A DNA stretch of 63,723 bases, counting the filler, from Folioceros fuciformis (Eukaryota): assembly GCA_049999805.1 (NCBI GenBank). It is 23 parts of 23 records of this genome, joined end to end, with 100 filler letters (N's around TTAATTAATTAA, not from the genome) between each part and the next. Parts side by side here need not be neighbours in the genome. Positions count along the whole stretch, not along the records: positions 24,531 to 25,998 come from JBNGIO010002762.1; positions 26,099 to 27,761 come from JBNGIO010002763.1; positions 27,862 to 29,556 come from JBNGIO010002764.1; positions 29,657 to 30,807 come from JBNGIO010002765.1; positions 30,908 to 32,609 come from JBNGIO010002766.1; positions 32,710 to 35,266 come from JBNGIO010002767.1; positions 35,367 to 36,588 come from JBNGIO010002768.1; positions 36,689 to 39,886 come from JBNGIO010002769.1; 15 more parts are not named here. One strand, given 5' to 3'. Of this stretch, positions 24,531-37,212 are shown piece by piece. The first letter of the stretch is position 1, and each line of letters starts with the position of its first letter. The notes beneath the pieces were generated by a model. That model saw only the letters and a list, made by a program, of their open reading frames with translations, was not told the origin of the DNA and searched no databases. Position numbers and translations under genes: made by a program.

Positions 24531-25998
24531 CGGGAAGCTTGTCTCTGTAGAGATCCTGCATGGACATGGCAAGAAGCTTGGCAGAGTTAAGGTGCCCAAG
24601 TCTACAATGCCATAAAAAGGCTTGCTCGGAGGGCGAGTGCCTTGCAGCCACTGCATCCTTAGTCGAGTCCACCACAGAAACACTGGGGGAAGACACAAGG
24701 GTGCCTGAAAAGATATAGAGATCGCTGTGAAGACAACCTCTAGCAACCACCTTGTGTGGCTGAGAGGAGCGATAGAGTAGACAAGCGGATTTGTCAAACT
24801 CCAATTTATAAAAACCATCGTGCACAAGATGACGAATGGAGATAAGGTTCTTGGCCATTCGTGGAACATACAATACATCCTGCAGCATAAGGATAGAACC
24901 ATCGTCTAATTTGAAGGTTACCGTCCCTATGCCATGAATGGCAAGACCGGAATCATCTCCTAGGAGCACGTACCGTGGAGGATCAGAAGAACCCTCATAG
25001 GTAGTAAACATATGCTTGGAACTGCAAATGTGAGCAGTAGCCGCAGAGTCAAGGAGCCACGATGTCTTGAGTGCCGAGGTAACAAGGCACACAGTAAGAG
25101 CAATCTCTGATTTAGACTGATTTTTGGCCTTAGGAGCTACTACCATATTGGCAGACTTGGGCTCTCTCTTAGCCTCACCAGCTTGCTTCTTCCTGCACTC
25201 CCTCTCCCAATGACCCGGAATTAGACACCAATTACAAGTACCTTGGCGCTTCTGGGTCGTGGAGGTAGAGGCAGAAGAAGTGGATTTGGGATGACTATAA
25301 GAAGGCATCCGTTTTGTGGTATTGTCTCTTTTCTTAGGCTGATGTTGAAACAGGCCTCGGGTAACAAACATCACGCGTTCACCACCATGCTTAGATGTGC
25401 CAGAATTGTAGCGAGAAGCCTCCTCTTGCAGAAGTGCTCCAGCAATCTCGGACACAGTGAGAGTGGAGTGACCACCAGTCGCCACTGCTCGCTGAGAGTT
25501 AGGGACCGACTGGTTATGTGAAGAGACAAAGGATTGATAGCTAGCCGGAAGACTAGCCAACAATTGTACAGCAGCATCAAACTCAGACATAGTAGTGCCT
25601 AGTGCAGCCAATTGTGCCCGGAGGTAATGCAATCGACTCACATGGTGAGCAATACTATCGCCTGATTGCATACGAAGAGTATAAAACTCCTGCCGCACAG
25701 TGACCAGGGTCATCACATTGGTGGACTGATAAATGTCATTTATCTGCTTCCATGCTTCTGCTGCTGTAGTTGCACCATCGGTATGGTGTAACGTAGTCTC
25801 GTCAAGGCCAGATATCAACATATGCATGGCTTGACGATCAAGTTTTAACCAAGCTTCGACAGCCGACTGGGGTGCCAAAGGCTTGGAGGAAGTTCCTTCC
25901 ACGAGTGGAAGAAGATCGCGCGTATTCAGCGCCGCCTTCATTCGCCGAGACCAAACTTCATACTTGGTCCCATTGAACCTATCTTTTTCTTTGAAGTC
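24531..25998 (-). mobile_element. Ty1/copia gag-protease, open frame
   Basis: FKEKDRFNG, CNWCLIPGHWEREC, WLLDSAAT, LWHCRLGH. Confidence 0.95.
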
Positions 25999-26098
25999 NN
26001 NNNNNNNNNNNNNNNNNNNNNNNNNNNNNNNNNNNNNNNNNNTTAATTAATTAANNNNNNNNNNNNNNNNNNNNNNNNNNNNNNNNNNNNNNNNNNNN

Positions 26099-27761
26099 GG
26101 GGGAGCAGGTAGTGGTGGAGTGATTCCTCAGCCACTCCCGCCTGTGCCAGTGATTCCACAACCTTCTTACTCAGTTGAATTTAAGGAGCGAGATCGCTTT
26201 AATGGCATGAAGTTCGAAGGTTGGAAGGTGCGCATGACAGCTGCCCTGCAAGCGAGACACGTTTGGGGAGTTGTTAGCGGCACGCTTAAGGAACCTGCAC
26301 AGTCTGCCACACAAGAAGAGAAGGACTAGTGGGCAAACCTTAATTATGTTGCTCGTGCCGTCATCATAAGCGGGCTGGACGAGACTCTCCTTGCGGACGT
26401 TGCCTTCTTAACCAAAGCTGAAGACATCTGGATCCTGCTCACACAGACATATGAAGCTAAGAACATTCTTACCATGTGTGCTGTACGTGGTGAACTCTTC
26501 TCTTTGCGGCTTAAGGAAGGCGATAAGGTGTCCCCATTTGTCATTCGTTTTCGTCAACTGCGGGCTCAACTCATCAACCTCGGCTCACAATTCCCGGAGC
26601 TTGATGCTGTTAGCCAACTTCTGACCAGCTTGCCTCCTAGCTATCAGACTTTTGTCTCCAGCTATGGAGCAACTGTTCGCACTGCCGATGCAGCTAGAGC
26701 AGCCGGCCAGCCAACCAACATCAACCTGGCTGATGTGATTGGCGCCCTGCTACAAGAGGAACAAAGCCGCAGCCACTTTACTGTTAGTAGTGGTCGAACC
26801 AAGGCTGATAAAGTTCTCTATTCTCAAGGAAAGAATATCAGAAGGAAGCCTACCTCCGGTGCAGGTGCAGGCTCTTCTAAATCCACCTCTGTAAAGAGAT
26901 CTGGCGCCTGTAACTGGTGTGGTGTACAGGGCCACTGGGAACGGGAGTGTAGAAAAAAGAAATCAGGGGAGCCACACAGAGCTGAGAAGTCCTCCAGACA
27001 AGCTGAAGCTCATGTGGCATCCAAGGATCGACTTTCCTCGTCGACTTCCACCAAACCGCCTGTTGTCATGACGGTTTGCCTTGCATCTTCTGCTCACCCT
27101 TCCCCACAGAGTTGGTATATCGATTCAGGGGCCACTTCTCACATCTGTAACGATAAGTCAATGCTCAGTCATTTTCGGTCTTCTCAAACTGCTGACGAAG
27201 TGCTTATGGGAGATGAGCTTACACGTACAGGTTTGAAGATAGCAGGTTCTGGCTCCTGTCGTTTCCGTCTCCGGGACGGTTCAGTCCTTCACCTGGACAA
27301 TGTTCTTTACGTCCCTCATATGGCTAAGCACTTGTTGTCCGTTAGCCAGCTTATGTCCCTACGCACATATGATTTGCTCTTCTCTTCTTTCCCCTGTGAG
27401 CTTAAGACGAGAGGGGAGGGAGGTCAGGTTGTTGCACTGGACATATAGTACATGACTTGTATCAACTTGATTTAACAGTCATACCTCCAGATTCTGCTCA
27501 TGTTGCCCAGTCGTCGCAAGCTGCTCAGGCCAGTCTTTGGCACGCCCGCCTAGGTCATGCCAACCGTGACAAGCTGATAAAGATGTCTAATCTGACCTGC
27601 TACAGAGAGCCTCTGCCAAAATGTTTTAAGGACCTTCCTTTGTGTGCTGCCTGCGTTATAGCAAAACAAAAGGAGAGACCCTTTCCAACATCCAAGGCAC
27701 ATCGAGCTTCACAGATTCTGGAACTGGTACATGCAGATATCTCTGGAAAGGTCCACATACC
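26099..27761 (+). mobile_element. Ty1/copia gag-protease-start of integrase
   Basis: FKERDRFNG, CNWCGVQGHWEREC, WYIDSGAT, LWHARLGH, LELVHADI; two in-frame TAG stops. Confidence 0.95.
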
Positions 27762-27967
27762 NNNNNNNNNNNNNNNNNNNNNNNNNNNNNNNNNNNNNNN
27801 NNNNNTTAATTAATTAANNNNNNNNNNNNNNNNNNNNNNNNNNNNNNNNNNNNNNNNNNNNGAGAAGAGGTGGGATCAGGATAAAGGAAGAGTTGGTGGG
27901 GGCATTTTGTTGCTAATAATTTAGAGCTGCGATATGGTTTATAATTTATTCTATGTCATAAATGTAG

Positions 27968-28499
27968 GAAAAAAAACTTTTGATAATTGGGACAACGAGT
28001 ATTAGCCATGTAATGCAATCTCTTGGGCTTACTTTTGGATTCAATGTGATATTATCAGTACCAAACTTAAAGCAAGATAATATAAAGATGGCAAGTTCTA
28101 ATGAAGTTTTAAATTCTCCACTTATCAATCAATATACAATAGAAAAATAACATTTTAACTTTGAGCTTGTGTAGGTACTTGAAGAGCTTGAAGCTTTTAA
28201 AGACACTGATTTGCCTCGTGCCATTCAAGCACTTGATAATGAGGTCCTCAAACCCTATAGATATACTCTAATAAGTAATTTATCAAAATAAAAATGCTGA
28301 TTCACTTAGTACTTAATTATAATAAAGCCAACAATATTGAAGTAACTACAACGTATAGGTATCAATTAAGAAATTATTGCTGCTTTTGGATATGGCAAAG
28401 CATGGAAAGGATAGTGAAGATGCCAAGACTACCTCCACGAAGAAGACGAAGACAATTGAAATGTCATATTTTGTGGAATGTCTTAGAGATCTCTCCTAA
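27968..28499 (+). CDS. NSF: Vesicle-fusing ATPase NSF, last three exons (27968-28090, 28175-28243, 28359-28499)
   Basis: Spliced translation EKKLLIIGTTS...LSVPNLKQDNIKM / VLEELEAFKDTDLPRAIQALDNE / VSIKKLLLLLDMAKHG...FVECLRDLS* resembles the plant NSF C-terminus (KKLL..GTTS, PIKK..MLIEMA, HF.DCL.D); AG acceptors at 27967, 28174, 28358; donors GC (28091) and GT (28244); all phase 0. Confidence 0.85.
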
Positions 28500-28726
28500 T
28501 ATGACATGTTTTAATAATATTATGGTATATGATATATATGCATGTTATACATGTATAACACACACACTTCAATACAAATATACATATGATATAAATAAAA
28601 AAAGGTGGGAAGTAAGAGAAGGTAAGATAATATTTTTATATTTATATGAGACAAAATGTGGTGCCAAAAGACTTTCCTATTACGAAGAGACTGAAGCAAG
28701 CTAATGGGTAAGGTCTTGCAGATGAA

Positions 28727-29556
28727 AGATGAACCATAATCATCATACCAAACATGTCCCCAAGTCTATTGGTTTAGTATCGTTTTCTTTTTTTCTCCTC
28801 ATTTTTCTATTTTTTCTTATGCTAATTAGATTAATTGACCAACAAATAGTTGGTGTGGTTATTAGAGTGGGTATCGATTTGGTACTAGGCCTGAAGAAGT
28901 TTAGCTTTGGTTCTAGACTATAGGGTTGGGAAGGTCTAGATTTGGGTTTGGTCTTTGGCTTGGTAATAATATAAAATATAGTAAACTTAATTCTTTTAGA
29001 TAATATTAAAAGATTAAATCATATTAAATAATTGAACGTTGCCTAGGAGCAGGAATCTAGTCTGGTTGTGGCACGGCCAGTTGTGTTAGCACATGTGGCC
29101 AGCTGCTAAGTGCGTTATTGTGAGCAACAAAAGGATGGTAATAGGCTGCTACAGGCTATGAGGGAGATCAACAATTTGGAGGTGGAGCTTGAGCCACAAT
29201 GGGTTGCTGGCTGGTTTGAGGTAGAAGGTAATGGTGGCTTTGAGGCCTCTGCTAGCCAACCAAGGGGTGAAGACACTTATATCTACCGAGAGTTGCAAGC
29301 AATTGGAAGGGGCTCAATTGAAAATCCGAGAGGTTTGTGAGTGGAACCTATGGTGGAGCCCACTGGAGAACAAGGAGAAGCTAAGGCAGCAAGGCTGACA
29401 CATCCCCTAGTTAGGAGCATGATGTGTTGTGAAGAAAGCTTAGACAAGGGAGTGCTGAAAAGCAGGTTAATTGCCAAGAGCTAGTTGAGCAAGTGTGGAT
29501 CACCAGGCTCCAAGGATGCAAGCTGGAGGAGGGTGCACCCTCCGTGCGCTCTTGCT
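28727..29556 (-). mobile_element. LTR-like segment related to 19839-20768, about 230 bp downstream of the NSF stop
   Basis: 28830-28960 aligns by eye with the reverse complement of 20480-20620; boundary approximate. Confidence 0.5.
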
Positions 29557-29656
29557 NNNNNNNNNNNNNNNNNNNNNNNNNNNNNNNNNNNNNNNNNNNN
29601 TTAATTAATTAANNNNNNNNNNNNNNNNNNNNNNNNNNNNNNNNNNNNNNNNNNNN

Positions 29657-30807
29657 TTCACTCTCTCTCTGGCCTCATCCCGCTCCCGCTTGTATCTGTC
29701 AGCCAACTTCTGAGCCTGCTCCACGGCGGCTATCTCCATCTCCTGTGCCCTGGCCATTTCCTGTTGCATCTCCAAGTTAGTCTCGTGAGCCTCCCTCACC
29801 TGAGCTAGCAGGGTCCCCTGTTGCTCTTTCAGCGCCTGCACTTCAGCCCTTGCCTCGCGCGCCTCTTCCTCGGCTTGAGCCTTCTCTCTGTCCAGGACCC
29901 GCTACTTCTCCTCCAGCAGTTGTCGCGCCGTCTCTGACTCCGCGAGTTGCCTCCTTGCTTCAGCCTCTCGCTCACGAGCCTTCTCCTCCTTTCCCCAAGC
30001 CTCGGCCTCTCGCTCCGCTTGTACACTTAACCAGGTCAGGGCCCTAGCAGCCTAATCCAGGAGGTCTGCTTGGGCCTGCACCATCGCAGCAGTCAGCCTG
30101 GGTAGGTCCACCTCCTGCACCCCTCCAGTGCCCATTCCTCTCGTTGTGATTTGTTTGCCTAGGAATTCTCGCAACTTGTCCAGGTCCCCCACCTGCAACC
30201 TGTCTCTCTGAGGCCTGCACCTGAAAATGTCCTTCCACCTTGAGGAACCCTCCTGTGCTGAAACGTGCCCTACCTTATCCTCCTGTCTGGAGGAAACTGT
30301 GTCGGCTGCCATCACCTGATCCCGTGGCTCCTCGGGTCTTGTCCCACCCTGACCTTGCTCCTCCAACCTTCGGTCCTTGATTCCCTGGACAACTGGTTCT
30401 CATTCTGCCTCCTGCTGACCCATCTGCACCATGGCTGTCCCCCCTTCCTCCTGATCAGCCCCCATGCTCACACTTTGTCCTCTGGTCCCTTTCCTCTTGG
30501 CAGGAGTCTTCTTTTGTGGCACCAACCTCTTCCTGGGCTTGATTGGGGTTTCCTCCTGCGAGCTATTCCCACTGTCAGCTTCCCAACTGTTGGAGGCAGC
30601 CCTTGCTAGCTCAGCGGGCTTCCACTTCACATCGCGAACTGGCTTCCACAGGTGCAGCGAGGCCAGCCATTCTAGCTCAGTGACCAGGTTAGCGTAACAG
30701 TACACATGGATTAGAAATGGGGAAATCATAGAAGGTTCAGGGGTGGGTCGGATCAGGTTCTGCCTCTCCTCATCCATCCGGGTGTATAAAATCCTCCCCT
30801 AGTCGAT
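29657..30807 (-). mobile_element. ORF-bearing TG..CA element, middle of the ORF
   Basis: RILYTRMDEER...SSRWKDIFRCRPQRDRLQVGDLDKLREF...EQAQKLADRYKRE. Confidence 0.9.
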
Positions 30808-30907
30808 NNNNNNNNNNNNNNNNNNNNNNNNNNNNNNNNNNNNNNNNNNNNTTAATTAATTAANNNNNNNNNNNNNNNNNNNNNNNNNNNNNNNNNNNNN
30901 NNNNNNN

Positions 30908-31020
30908 ATGTCTTGTGGACTTGACTAGGCGACGGTTATTAGTTGTAACCGTCACCTAATCCTCTAACCTTAACCTGAACTAATAAAAGGTAATTAAATA
31001 TGACCTGTCACTCCCACTCA
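30908..31020 (-). mobile_element. PPT and start of 3' LTR
   Basis: Minus strand TGAGTGGGAG followed by TGACAGG at 31010. Confidence 0.65.
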
Positions 31021-31118
31021 GGTGTAGGGTTAGTGTAGTAAAGATATATATATATATATAAACTGCTCTCGCCTATAAACTTAAAGAAAAAGAAACTTAG
31101 AATAAGAAACTTAGAACC

Positions 31119-32609
31119 CTAATCTAAAGAAGTTCGACTCAAAGGGTCGTCTTCATCTTCGTCTTTGTCCTCGCGCGCCGCCACTGCCTTGCCCTTGCCG
31201 ATTGCTGGATCCGGAGCTGTACTCCACTTCAGGTCCTTGCCCAACGCGCGGAGCCCGAGCCCAGCTGCGTGTTGGTAGTGCTTCACACGTCCAAGCCCTT
31301 TCGTCAATATATCTGCGGTCATCAGCTCCGTAGGACAGTATTCCACTCTGACTATTCCAGCATTCACCACTTCTCTGATGTAGTGGTGCTGGACTTCAAC
31401 GTGTTTGGTGCGCGCGTGGAACCTGGGATTCATAGTCAGTGCTATCGCACTTTGATTATCACAGAACAGGACCACCGGCAGGGTTTGTGGCACTCCAAGC
31501 TCTGTGAGAGCTCCCACTGTCCAGGTGACCTCCTTGCATGCCTCTGTGAGGCTCTTGTACTCAGCTTCGGTTGAGGACAACGCAATTGTGGGCTGCCTCC
31601 TGCTGCTCCAGCCAATGGCACCTCCAGCAAGCAAAGTCACATAGCTGGAGATACTCTTCCTGCTATCAGAGTCTCCGGCCCAGTCTGCATCGCTGTAAGC
31701 CACCATTTGCAAAGCTTTGTGTGCTTTTGAACTGTATAGGATGCCCCAGTCCACAGTGGCTGCAATATACCCGTACAGCCTCGTCATGAGATCATTATGC
31801 TTTGCATTCGGGTTGGAGACGAATCTTGAGGTCAGTGCACTGTTGAAGGCCAGGTCAGGCCTCGAGCCTATCATTAGATGCATGACTGACCCATTCTTGG
31901 AGGGATACTGCTCCACAATTGCTGCTTCCTCCTCAGGTATACTCCCTACCTGAGCCACATATTTCGTGTTTTGTTCTACAGGAGTAGAAATAGGCTTGCA
32001 TTTAGTCATTCCATAGCGTTCTAATATTTGCATTGCATATTTTGTTTGATGCAGGAAGATGGTTCCTGCTTCCTGATCTCGCTGCAACTGCATGCCTAAA
32101 CAAAAAGTAAGTGCCCCTGCTGCTGTTATCTTAAACTCGCTGCTCAACTGACCCTTCAGGATGAAGATCATTCTAGGCGAGTTGCTTAAGATAATAATAT
32201 CATCTACATAAATGGCTAACGCCAAGAAGGATGCTGCTTCACGTTTTATGTATACATTCGTATCAGCATTCAGGCTTTCGTACCCCAGATCCTGAAGGTA
32301 AGCATCTATCCTTGCAAACCATGCTCTTGGGCTTTGCTTCAAGCCATATAATGTTTTCCGCAGTTTACAGACTGGATTTGGCAAGGCAGGAGGGATGCTA
32401 ACCCCATCAGGTACTTGCATGAAAATTTCCTCTTGGAGGTTTCCGTACAAGAAGGCTGTAGTAACATCAAGTTGCTCCAGCTCATAATTATTAACTGCAG
32501 CCAGGGCAATGAAGAGCCTGAGTGTGGTCAGCTTGACCACAGGACTAAAAGTGTCATCGTAATCCACTCCTGGAATTTGGGAGTACCCCTTGGCAACTAC
32601 TCTCGCCTT
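31119..32609 (-). mobile_element. Ty1/copia RT-RNaseH, open frame, with acidic C-terminal tail
   Basis: [51 protein letters not shown]. Confidence 0.96.
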
Positions 32610-32709
32610 NNNNNNNNNNNNNNNNNNNNNNNNNNNNNNNNNNNNNNNNNNNNTTAATTAATTAANNNNNNNNNNNNNNNNNNNNNNNNNNNNNNNNNNN
32701 NNNNNNNNN

Positions 32710-33159
32710 AGAGGGGAGTGTGTTCCCTTCTTTCTTTTCTTTGGGGTTAGTCTAGTGACTCTTGCCGGGTAGGAGGAGTCAATAGGGAAGTGTAGAAGGT
32801 AGTGGTGTCATTGTTAGTTGCTGGTGTTGGTGCTGGAGTGAGAGAGTGAGTGAAGTGAGTGAGGGAAGTCGCAGATCTAAGAGGTTAGGGTCGTTGTAGT
32901 GACTGGAGTGAGTTTGTGGGCACTGAGAGAGGTGCAGCTGACCGCCGGACAGCGAGGCCTGTCCTATGGCTGATCAGAGCTGGAGGGGAGCCCTCGAATC
33001 CATCATCGAGTCGATCAAGTCTGACTTCCATCCACAGCAGCAAGGAACCCCATCGCTCCTTCGTGGGAACGAAACCCAATGTCTCAATGACAGTGGGATA
33101 AGTGTGGCCACTAAAGGTGGAACCCGTTGGCAATCAGTGCTCGGGGTTTTGCCTCCACA
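32710..33159 (+). mobile_element. Terminus type A region inserted into copia RT
   Basis: Near identical to 53035-53487; at CCTCCACA the sequence switches to RT colinear with 18278 onward. Confidence 0.92.
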
Positions 33160-35266
33160 CTCATTACTATTAGTCCTTGCAATTAGCATATCGTCCACAT
33201 AGAGGACCAGAATGAGCAAGCTTCCATCCTTAGCTTGCTTTGTATAGAGGCAATGATCCTCATTGCTACGTTTGTAGCCTTGAGAAAGCATAAATGAGTG
33301 GAATTTGAAATACCACTCCTTGGGTGCCTGCTTTAAACCATAAAGGCTCTTCTTTAACCTGCACACCATACTCTCTTTACCCTTCTCAATGAAACCCTCT
33401 GGTTGCTGCATGTATACCTCTTCTTGGAGATCACCATGTAAAAATGCCGACTTCACATCCATCTAGATAAGTTCCATGTCATGCCTCACAACCAGACCAA
33501 GGACACATCGCAAGGTGGTCATTTTGACAACTGGCAAGAAAATCTCATTAAAGTCAATACCTTGCTGTTGCTTAAAACCTTTAGCAACCAATCGTGCCTT
33601 GTACTTGGGTTTGCCATAATGGGGTATGTCCTTCATCTTAGACACCCATTTGCATGGCAATGCCTTCTTGCCCTTAGGCAACCGAACCAACTCCCAAGTT
33701 TGGTTCTTGTGGAGCGACTCCATTTGCAATTGCATCGCCTTCTCCCACTTGTCCTTGTCAGTCACTGACATGGCCTCTTGGTAACAAGAGGGCTCCCCAC
33801 AATCCGTCAGCATGACATAATCAAGAGATGTAACATACTTGTCAGGAGGACGTGAGATCCTTCCTGACCTACGAAGCACATGCGCCTCAACTAGAGTTGG
33901 TTCCACTCTCTCCTCTTGTACAAGTGGAGGAACTTGTTCCTGCACATCATGACGTTCAACCTGGACGGGACGGTCAAATCCATCTTCTTGAAAGACCACC
34001 TGTCGCACCTCCACAGTTGGAGTAGGCTTCTTGTGCATCTTGGTCTCATTGAAGAACAGGTCATTGTTGCGAACCATCCTCTTGGCCTCTAGATCCCACA
34101 TACGGTATCCCATCTCACTAGATTCACCATAGCCAAGAAAAATACATTTTCTTGACTTGGGAGCCAACTTGTCCCGAAACTCCTTCGGAACGTGGTAGTA
34201 TGCCTCGTAGCCAAACACTCGTAGATGCTTGTATGACAACTTCTTTCCAGACCACATTTCTTCTGGAACCTGTTCGTCCACAAGCCTATTAGGAGATCTG
34301 TTAATAAGATGCACCGCAGTAGCCACTGCTTCTGCCCAAAGTCCGTTAGGCAATCCAGAGGTTGACAACAAACTACGCATCCTCTCCTGGATGGTCATGT
34401 TCATCCATTCGGCCACACCATTCTGGGGGGGAGTATATGGCGCAGTCAATTCTCTCTTGATTCCCTTGGAATCACAGAATAATTGGAAAGCCTTCGAGAC
34501 ATATTCTCCCCCACTGTTTGTCCTCAGACACTTCAGCCGGAGGCTAGACTGATTCTCCACAAGGGTGACCAATTTTTTGAAACACTGTCAGAACATCATC
34601 CTTTTTCCTCAAAGGATAAACCCACACCTTGCGTGAGAAGTCATCAATGAAAGTGACAAAATAAGATGCACCGCCTAACGATACAGTGGGCATAGGTCCA
34701 CAAACGTCACTGTGAACCAATTCAAGAGGTTTACTTTTGTGTTTAGCGCTTGCTCCATGTGGTGACTTCGTTTGTTTCCCATACAAACAGTGCTCACACA
34801 CAAATCAGAGAAGTCAAAAGCAGGGACGTAACCAAAACGAGATAGTATCTTCATTCCTTTCTGAGACATATGTCCTAACCGACTATGCCACAAGGAAACA
34901 CTTGGCTGTTCCGTTACACAAATCACATGATCCTGGACAGTGGTTACCTGAAGTGAGTACAAAGTGCCACACTTCGATCTATGAGCTAACACAAGAGAAC
35001 CTTTGGAGATCTTCCAAGAACGATCTCCAAACCAATAGTGGTAGCTAGCGTCATCCAACTGCCCTACGCTAATCATGCTTTTGGTCAACTTGGGAACATG
35101 CCTAACATCCTTTAGTACGAATGAAGATCCATTGTCGAACTTCAGCTACACATCACCAACGCCTATAATCTCGCATGCGTAGTTATTTCCAAGCCAAACA
35201 CATCCTTTCCTAGTAGCATCATACGTGCTAAACCACTCCCTATGCGGAGTAACATGGAAAGATGCT
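33160..35266 (-). mobile_element. Ty1/copia protease-INT-RT, same family as 17569-19738
   Basis: LWHSRLGH, LELVHSDVCGP, FIDDFSRK, YTPPQNGVAE, YKARLVAKGF, LYVDDML. Confidence 0.95.
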
Positions 35267-36688
35267 NNNNNNNNNNNNNNNNNNNNNNNNNNNNNNNNNN
35301 NNNNNNNNNNTTAATTAATTAANNNNNNNNNNNNNNNNNNNNNNNNNNNNNNNNNNNNNNNNNNNNCTGGCGATCTGGGGCTCCCTGTTGCTAGCGATCT
35401 GGGATGCCCTTCTCCGCGCCGAATTTGTTGCACACTAGGGCCGCCAATCGATCTCCCATACAAGTGCCCGCCTGAGTTCGATTCTTGGGAAGGCTCATCG
35501 CGTTTCTCCGGACAGTTCCCAATTCTAGCCTACTTGGGCACGGGCGCTGCAGAATCCACCGATTTTAGAGGGTTTGCCGATCTCGCTAGGCTGGAGTTGG
35601 AGGGAGAATGCCCCTGGAGCCTTGCTGTTGAGGTGAGGGTCAATTCTCCAGTCTTCCAGTCTCTATCGGAGATTTTGAGAAAACCCCCTACCCACCCGGG
35701 GATGTCCTCGCTAAATCCGTGGGCAATGCAGTCCACACGCGGACTGGATGCTAAGGAGCAGGTGCAATGCTGTGGGTAATTGTGGAAACGCTAGGGGGGA
35801 CGTCTGTCTCCAACTTCGGTGTCCAGCCTGTCCCTTCTCCGCCGTTTGATCCTGGCCTGCACTGACCTCCCTGTCTTCAGCTATTTGAGAAGCCTGGGCC
35901 GAGGTTCGAAAGGTCGGGAACGGCGGGGGATAAAGCAGAAATCCTCCTGTCTTGGGGCCATGGTAAGTGACAGCAATAAGAGTCGGGGCTGGATCGAGAT
36001 AGCGAAGACGGGGAGGAAGGCTCCACGCCTTCCCCCCTTCTCTTTTTTAAGGGCATCGACGGGGTGTAACTGATCATATCTTGTGCGGGGGCAGGTATTC
36101 CCGTGCCCATTAAGGGGCGGGGCTGATAGCTTGAGTTCTATCATGACTCCGGAGTTACCCGCCCCGAGGTCGGATTCAGGACCCGGGTGGGGAGCCTGTT
36201 CTAGGCCCCCCCTACATATATGTATGGAGTTATCCTTTAAAGGCATATACATGAGTACTCTAATACCATGATAAATTCCTATTAGTAGGAAGTGGGGAAA
36301 CGTCGTGTTCTTAAGCTACATTACTTTATTTAGCACAATGAATGAATAAATACAAGATGAGTGTTTCTTATATAGGTGCTAGTCACACCACTTCGCTAGG
36401 GGTGTGACTATTTGAGGTAACTCTGAGATTAACCTAACTCGACTGATCGATAACTAGGGTTAAGGGTTACTTAATCGAACCCTATTTTTAACATCCTGAC
36501 GAGACATAATATTTACAAATGCATTTGGTGCTATTTTCTTCCCACTCATGGAGGTACCTTTGGAAATAGTAGTCACAGTACTTTGTTCNNNNNNNNNNNN
36601 NNNNNNNNNNNNNNNNNNNNNNNNNNNNNNNNTTAATTAATTAANNNNNNNNNNNNNNNNNNNNNNNNNNNNNNNNNNNNNNNNNNNN

Positions 36689-37212
36689 ACCGCTCGCGCC
36701 TTGGAGGTCTTCCACTCCCCTGCGCTTGCTCGACCCTTACGCCCTACGCCGTCTGTCCCGTCGTCCTGGCGCTTTCGCCTTCCTCAGCCACTTTACGCTT
36801 CAAGTTACTCCTGCTCCCCACGCTTCCGGATACTAGACAAAGCTCCCCTTTCTCTAGGGTTTTTATACCCTGCCTGCTTTCTCTTCTTACCGCCCATCGG
36901 GCTACCACCAGTCGTTCCTCCGGCGACGGTTGCCCTGCCGGCTACCGTCGCCCCGTCGTCTCGGCCCTTACTTTGGCCTACCTGAATGTTCTCAAGGACT
37001 CGAGGGTCAGGGAGGCACTCGCTGCTTCCTCCTTCCTCCTTGTCCCGATCTCTAGTACACCCCAAACCCCGAAGCCCAAGGTGGACTTTGGGTATAAACA
37101 CCCTGGTCTTACTCGCTTACTAAGCCGATTCGCCTGTCCCCTCACAAAAAGAATGACAACCTGCTCATTCCGTCGCTCAAAATGGGGATTCCGAAAGTTT
37201 TTTTCGTTCACA
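36689..37212 (-). mobile_element. 5' terminus (type C) of ORF-bearing element, inserted into gypsy RT
   Basis: TGTGAACG at 37212 interrupts YRGLNRV; continues into sequence homologous to 54877-55160 and 60230-60274. Confidence 0.88.
36850..36871 (-). promoter_or_regulatory. Candidate TATA box upstream of the element ORF
   Basis: GGGTATAAAAACCCTAGAGAAA; counterpart GGCATAAAAACCCTATAG near 54987. Confidence 0.4.

Noticed and set aside
28294-28704. 136-aa ORF in the track
   Set aside because: Out-of-frame shadow over the last NSF exon and its 3' UTR
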